DNA of 64,000 nucleotides from Nymphaea colorata (lineage: Eukaryota), in contig NC_045138.2 in assembly GCF_008831285.2 (NCBI RefSeq), forward strand, positions 27,528,001-27,592,000, read 5' to 3'. The notes under the pieces were generated by a model that did no database searches, was not told where the DNA came from, and saw nothing but the letters and a program-made list of their open reading frames with translations. The position numbers and the translations under genes were made by a program. Shown piece after piece: positions 56,940-64,000 of this stretch (its first letter is position 1; every line of letters starts with the position of its first letter).

Positions 56940-57123
56940 GAGAGAGAGAGAGAGAGAGAGAGTCCCATGGCGGGAGACTACGTTGGGCGGCCTCCTCCCG
57001 CGCCTCCGGAGGTGGCGATGGAGCTCCACGCCTTAAACAGAGCCAAGGTCGTGAGGTCGATCAGGCAGCAGCTTGCCTCTCTCTCACGGCCGCTCCACGG
57101 TTTCATTTTCCTCCAAGTCAGTA

Positions 57124-57156
<33 letters not shown>

Positions 57157-57168
57157 CCCCTCTCTCTC

Positions 57169-57199
<31 letters not shown>

Positions 57200-57232
57200 G
57201 CTCTGTCTTTGTCTCTGTCTCTGTCTCTCTCC
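56940..57232. repeat. (GA)n tract just before the prolidase ATG and (CT)n/(CTGT)n tract in intron 1
   Basis: (GA)n at ~56940-56962 and CT/CTGT repeats at ~57129-57232. Confidence 0.85.
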
Positions 57233-60200
57233 CCTCTGTGTTTGTGTTCTTTGTTGCTAACTCCGCCTTTTCTGACGACCCAATTTCTGACTTGTAGGGT
57301 GGAGAGGAGCAAACGCGTTATTGCACCGATCACCTTATCCTCTTCAGGTACGAAACTGAAACTTCTTTGGTTCATGTTGGTAACTGTCTCCCTTGTTTTT
57401 TAGTTCTCAATTGTTTGCTTTCCTTATTTTTGTTAATCCACAACTGGCTATTGGAAAAAGGTACATGCGATTCTTATTATATTTGGGTTTATGTTTGATT
57501 TGATCGTGGCTACCCATATCCTTCGCTTGTTTTTATTTCCTATTGGCTTGATTTTTTATCTTTATTTCTGTTTCGCGCTAAGCATGCTAACGTACCGAAG
57601 AAGATTTTGAAGGTATAATGGTTATTGGTTCTTCCTTCAGGGTTCACGCTTGATCCTTTTTTTTTTTCTGGATTCAAGAAACATTTAATTGCATTCTTTG
57701 ATTACACTGCTTTCTTAGTGTGGATGGATTCGTTACATGATAGCACTTTTCTTTTAGGATACGATGAGATAGTGTTCAAACATGATATGCTTCGATGTTC
57801 AAACATGACATTCTGCGGTAACCATTGAAGAAATATGTTGATCTAAGGTTGTAGATTGAGAAAACGTGTCCCTTAAGTTTATGTCCTGATCAGGGAAGGA
57901 AACAAAGTGCAGTTACACGGTACACCGTCTGTTGCTAAGACGGTTTTGTATTTTCTCTGGCTAATGGGCAGGAGGCTCTACAACCTGAACTTATGGTTCC
58001 AACTGTATGAGAGATAATTAGTGCATGTTAGGAATGTGAACGTCCCAAGTTGCTCCTATGATCCACGTGTAGGTACTGGGCTTATGCATGCTGTATTGGG
58101 ATAGAGAAGTCTTGCTTATTGTGGCAAACATTTTGTTATGCCTTAGCCTTTTTATACGTTAGTGCCTTAAGTTTTCATAAGTAAATTAATATACAAAAGA
58201 AAAACTCAATAATCAAGATATTTTAAATGAATCTTGTTACACAAACATAAATATGGTCATCAGTAAGTCTTATGATAGTATCATTAATGATAAAAAAAAA
58301 GAACAGCCTGTACAAATTTCAGCCATAATAGTATGAAAGCAACAGATAACCTTCAATAAATTTATTTTGACAGCAATATGGTCTTCAGTTAAATATTATA
58401 TTTTTTTCTCCTACCTGGTTTTCCATTTTTGTCTTTCTTCCCCAGAACTGCATCTACTTGGTCTAGTACTGATAGCTAGTCATATTTTCATTTCACAGGC
58501 AAGAGAGTTATTTCGCATATCTGTTTGGAGTGAGGGAACCAGGTTTCTATGGGGCTATTGTGAGTTTGTGACATACATTTTTTTGAGATCAGTGTTTCTC
58601 TTGAGTTGTAGACTTTGGATGTTCAGTTAATTTATCTTGGACTCCTTATTAACTGCATCATTCAGAAAAATTATATGTTTTGAACGACAAATAACTTGTT
58701 AGAGTCTTGTCAGCTCTCTTTTAAATAATTCTTTGAAATAAATTTTCCATCTGCAGATATTCTTCATGTTTCTCTTCTTTTTTGTCAATTGGTATATAAT
58801 GAACCTGCTCTATGTATGAGTTCTCTAGATTGTGTAGCGGTGACCTTCATGAGTTCCATGGCTTCTCAGATTTTGGTGCTAGTGTTTGCTTTCCAGGTCT
58901 GAATTTTTAGAATCTTGGTTTATAAAAAATTTCCTAAGAAGACTGAGAATAAGATGACCGTACAAAAGAATACATGGTAATCATGGGTTCTACAATATGA
59001 TTTTAACACCTTGCTAGAAAATTAGTGATAAGCAGGAATTATGCAAGCAGCAACTAAATGCAAGTCTACCCGGTTAAGTATTCAGACAGATGTGAATGAA
59101 TCAACATAATTTTGCTCTTAAACATACGGGGTGTATCGTAAGATACATGGTGTATCTGCTCCTCACTGAAAATTAGTTGTTACCAGAGGCAGAGCTAAAA
59201 TTTTTTCTTAAGGGGGGACACTATGTATTTTCAAACATTTTCACTGGGGCTGAGTGAAATTTTTGTAAATTTTCAAACCTGAAGGGGGACCGTGGCCCCT
59301 GCAGCCCCCCCTTGGCTTGTCCCTGGCTGTTAGCATAGACTCCATGGTTGCTTTTCCCATTTAAGATAGATATGGTAGATCATGTTACTGGGATGCCAAC
59401 AAGAAAGAGTTTATTTTCTTAATGTTGCATTTCGTTTCCTTTTTCTCATTTACTCAGGATGAACTTTTCTTGTCCAGCTTACTGTTACTTGATGTCTTCC
59501 TTGATCCTTCTAATGAAAGTTTTCCTTATTTAAAGATTAAAAGGCATTGCCTAGTCAAGTCAAAACAGCCATTTTACAATAACTAGGCTAGATTCCACAA
59601 TAATCCCAAGGTGCATCCCACGAGACGATTAAGCATAAAAGAAACTGTTTCTCTCTGTCTCTCTCTCTGACCTCAAAAGGAAGCCTGGACCTGAACCTGT
59701 CCTGGAAGCAATATCAAAAACTCTCCAATGTAACGAATTGTCCCTAAGTTATATACCTAGGCTTCAGCTTGTTTAGAAACTTACATCCATAAAAATGAAA
59801 ATATGAACGCCCTATGGCAACCATATCTAACTCATTGCATTTTGTTTACAAAAGTAATTTAATAACATAGTTACTTTTTCTTATTGTATCTGCTGAATCC
59901 ATTGAATTGACTATGTAAGCAATGTTTTCTGTGCTGTCAAAGGATATATCCAATGGGAAATCAATTCTTTTTGCCCCAAGATTAGACCCTGATTATGCCG
60001 TTTGGATGGGGCCCATAAAGCCATTATCCTATTTCAAGGTGAGTCATTTGTTTTTTTGCATTATCCTTTTTTTCTTCTGATGACAATGCAAACCATGAAA
60101 TAGTTTGGATGTGTCAAGCCTGTGGACCCAGGAGTGCATGCTTAACATGCTCTGTTCTGGTTGTCCTTTGGTGTAAAACTTCCAGTCCAGAAACTCCTTC

Positions 60201-63200
60201 CAGAAAAAAGTGTCCTCATTGTTTTGGCCTATGATAAAGGATGTACACTTCACAAAATCGACTCTGGACCTCCTTTAACTTGGGAGCTACCCACGTAGTC
60301 AGGCGTATGGAGCTTCTGAAGCATTGTTGTCTGCTTCTAATTGTTTGATTGTAGTTTCACTAACAGCAGCATTGCACTGCAGGAAAGGTACATGGTCAGT
60401 ATGGTGTGCTTCAGAGATGAAATTTCAGCTGTATTACATGATCATTATGGTGGCCCTGGAAAACCATTGCTCTTTCTCTTGCATGGGCTTAACACAGACA
60501 GCAATAATTTCTCTAAGCCTGCTCAATTTGAGGTAATGTGGAAACATCAGCATTATATATCTTAAGTTTTTTTGTCTTGCGTTCTAAGAAGTTCAGAAGA
60601 ACGCCGTTGAATATGCCAAAGTTCTCAAACAAATAACGCTGCTGGTGTTACGGTTTGTATGCTACTCACCATCTCTTGTTTTCCAAATCCGAGGCTAAAA
60701 GTTATCATGGTTCATAGTGGTACACCAAGTAAAAGTAATAATTTGTTGCATGCTATCAGTGATTGGTCCAGATTGGACTTAAAATCATAAGATATATTTT
60801 TCTTGTATTAAAAGGATAATTTTTGTCTAGGACTAACAGTCCTATAGTCGTCACTTTTGTTTGTGGGATAGTCTAGGAATATGTATTCTAGTACCTTAGA
60901 GGCTTAGACAATAACCTGTACAGCATATTAAGTGTGGTGAAGGAACATGGATGCCAAACAAGAGTATTTGAACTTAAGAAACCAATAGCTGTGGAAGGAT
61001 CATCGTACAAGATGATTGTGGCAGGTGCCTTCATGAACAATAAGATGCATATCTACTCTTTTGAGGAGCACAGCCAAAAAGGCTTGTCTAGCCACCGCCA
61101 TTTTGTCATCGATCTTGGATGCTATTATCATTTTTTTTTGCCTCAAAATTGAAGTTGAACAGAACTATTTTAATTAATCGTGTGATTATACTTTGTAGTG
61201 TTTCCCATAACCATGTGTCTTGGTGGGCTAGTCATCCAGAAATTTTGTAAGACGTATCTTATTGTGCAATTCTGTGCCACCGTGTCCTTTACCTACGCTT
61301 TGGCAACAGTATGTCTATTTGACATTGTGGTTACTGGAAACTTCTGTCTACCTTGGAAGGCTCTCTTCCTGGGAAGCTACTTTGAAAGTGGGAAACTAGG
61401 CATCTCCTAAAATCAGTTCACTTGTCATAGGGTTCATGGTTTGATGAGCATCAGATTTTCAACCTAAAAAGGGATTTTGACTAAATTATAGGCTATAGAC
61501 TTCATGAGTGTCATTCATAACTCATATAATATGATTCCCATAATCTGAGATTTCCATATATTTTTTTCTATAATTTCTCAAAATGTTATGCACCTAACAG
61601 GGTAACAGCTTAGTTTGCATCTTATAACCTTGCTCCCCCTTTCCCCTTTCATTCATATGAAGATCCTTGTTTGTCTCCCTCATGTTCTGTTGCTTCTTGA
61701 TTCTACTTCCAATTTTTGGAACTCCTTATATTTGTAAAACCTTTGCCTGCATTAATTGGTCTGGACATGATTTTTACTTCTTAATCTTGTGTAGTTTTAC
61801 TCTCTCTTTCTCTCTCATGCCCAAATACGTGTGCATACTCATGTATAGTTGTATAAAAGATTCATGGTTTTGGTTTATCTTCTCCCCATAATGTAGGAGA
61901 TGGAGAAGTTTGACACAGATCAAAGTTTCCTACATCCTATTTTGTCAGAGTGTCGTGTATTCAAGTCTGAGTTGGAGCTTGCCCTCATACAGTATGCTAA
62001 TGACATAAGTTCAGCTGCTCATGTTGAGGTAATGTTCAATTCCTCTGGTATCCTGTAGGTTGGGTGCTTAAATATAGTGTGTGTGTCTGTTTGTGTATGT
62101 ATTACTATACTTTATGTGCTACAGGTTTTGTTTATGAAATGTAATATCATGAATATGTCATTTTTAGTGGTTAGTTCATTGTGGACTAGTGGGATTTGTT
62201 TGTTAAGTGCGCAGTAGGATATGTTCTCACTGAAGTCATATAGTTAAAGTTCACAATGCTCATGCTTTATCTATATATTTCATCTCTCTTCTTGTTTGTT
62301 AACAGAAATTTTAGTCTGTTAGGAGTTGGCAGTTTGTTTCATATACTTAGCATTCTTGACATGCTCATCAATGGCATGCGACTGTTTCTTCCAACAATAA
62401 GTAGAAGTAGATATAGTTCATACGGAAACTCCAAATAGAAAAATTGCACTTTCATGTTTATGAAGTTGTTACTGCAACTTCTATTGATGTTATGTGGTAG
62501 TACTAGGATGCTTGGGTGCAACAGATTAGTAGATATACTCCATTCTCTTGTTTGTAAAGCTCTTACAACTATATAAATTTAGTTTTATGTTATGTCATGA
62601 TCTATGCTGTTAAAACTTAAAACTGCTCAGTGCAGCCTAGGCTGTCAGCTGGGCCTAGAGGCTAGGTGGGATTAGTTGGGACTAGGTATGGTAAAGTGTC
62701 CCCTCTTAAAATGAAATATCAATATTTGAAATTAACAATAAAACTGAAACATTTCACAATAAAAGACTTGTGATTTTTCAATTTATCAAGCAACTAATAT
62801 CCATGTGATGCACACAAAGATTCCGTAGCATGACAATAAACATGTATAAAAGTTTGACTATTGAAAATGTAATAAGGTTGAGCAATGAAAGTTAAAAGGT
62901 TGCATAGCAGTAAGGAGAGCAGGTCATCTAGGAACACCCAGCTAAGGCTGGAGGGCCTAGGCATGTTCTTAGCAACAAAGGTTAGCATGAGGACATTTTG
63001 GGTTCAGAAGTTTATGCTTTCAGTTATGAAAAACCATGAATTCCTTTTACATATGTGTGTGTTTGTGTTTTAGAGAGAGAGAGAGCATGTTAAAATCATT
63101 AAAGCCCCTTCGGTGGATAACCAAGCTTTTTGAATTTTTATTGCCATAAAAATGTGGTGAATTTGTTAAACGTCTGGTACATACTTGTTGACCTTTAGTC

Positions 63201-64000
63201 CTTATGAACACCCCTTTATTATTTGTTTGGCTTTAATTTTGCTAAAATACTCATTAGCAGGATTTTTAATTTAGCAAACAGGTACCACCATTAGGGTGAC
63301 CAAGGCTGCTGCATGCTCCTATAAGATTAAGTTGGACTTATTGGTCAAAGAAATAATAATCTGTAAACGGCACATTCTTTTATCTAGAATTTTGTATTTT
63401 TGCTTTTCTTTATACAGTTTTGTATCTGTATCTACACATTAGTTATGAAATGAAGTTCTATGCCTCTTGAGATTCATAAAATTGTCTTTGTCTTCAATTC
63501 TTGTACTAATGAAGGCATTGTGTCACATTTTCACCCTTCTCTTATTCAGGTAATGCAGAGGACCAAAGTTGGAATGAAAGAATATCAGCTAGAAAGCATA
63601 TTTTTACATTATGTCTACATGTATGGTGGTTGCAGGCATTGCTCATATACTTGTATCTGTGCCACAGGTGAAAATAGGTTGGGTACTTGGACTTTTCCCA
63701 AGTCTCATACATGCTGAGTCTCTATTTGAAGCAAATAAATGCAGAATGAATATCTGATTCTGCTCTTGAATATAGTGTGTGAGGATGTTATTATCTGTAG
63801 ATTGATAACTTCCCTTCATAATTATCTTGCTGGATTTTGGTTATCATAAACAGCACTAGGCCTTGGCTGCAAGAAGCATGCCTCTACATTTTTACTATAA
63901 TTGGCAAAGTTCCTATGGTGCTAATATTCTCCTTCGTTTAGTTAGTTTTCTGTCATGTTTTCATTTATTCTAAAGGTCTTTTTTCTTTCAGTGCTGTTCT
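56967..64000 (+). CDS. Xaa-Pro dipeptidase (prolidase, peptidase M24B), 5' part; gene runs off the window end
   Basis: Exons 56967-57116, 57298-57347, 58499-58559, 59943-60038, 60383-60532, 61897-62028, 63550-63677, 63992->64000, all GT-AG and in frame. Translation includes [107 protein letters not shown], as in eukaryotic prolidases. Confidence 0.93.
59184..59325. mobile_element. Short hAT-type MITE in prolidase intron 3
   Basis: Ends CAGAGGCAGAGCTA / TGGCTTGTCCCTG. Degenerate 8-bp TSD GTTGTTAC / GCTGTTAG. A related element lies at ~6470-6660 (ending CCCTTGGCTCCGCTCTTG). Confidence 0.6.

Overview
Nuclear DNA from a flowering plant: AT-rich, with spliceosomal GT-AG introns and many short transposons. 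The species cannot be determined from the sequence alone. Five protein-coding genes can be reconstructed by hand. (1) A 4-exon ACC synthase with a short, type-3-like C-terminus (10626-12542, +). (2) The mitochondrial complex I PSST/NDUFS7 subunit (2 exons, 24631-27810, -). (3) A 62-aa single-TM COA3/CCDC56-like protein (32118-32306, +), apparently transcribed head-to-head with PSST through a long 5'-UTR intron. (4) A 14-exon PP2A B55 regulatory subunit (42184-53566, +) preceded by two stop/start-coupled uORFs. (5) The first 8 exons of an Xaa-Pro dipeptidase (prolidase; 56967 to the window end, +). Intergenic DNA carries hAT-type MITEs, degenerate tRNA-derived SINE-like elements, a probable LINE 3' remnant, tandem duplications and microsatellites. 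The most unusual structure is a recent ~370-bp inverted repeat (35993-37041) with self-complementary (CT)n(TA)n(GA)n cores. It overlaps a ~590-bp direct duplication and lies inside a candidate Helitron. I see no convincing evidence of a wholly new biological system; the leads are regulatory or structural.
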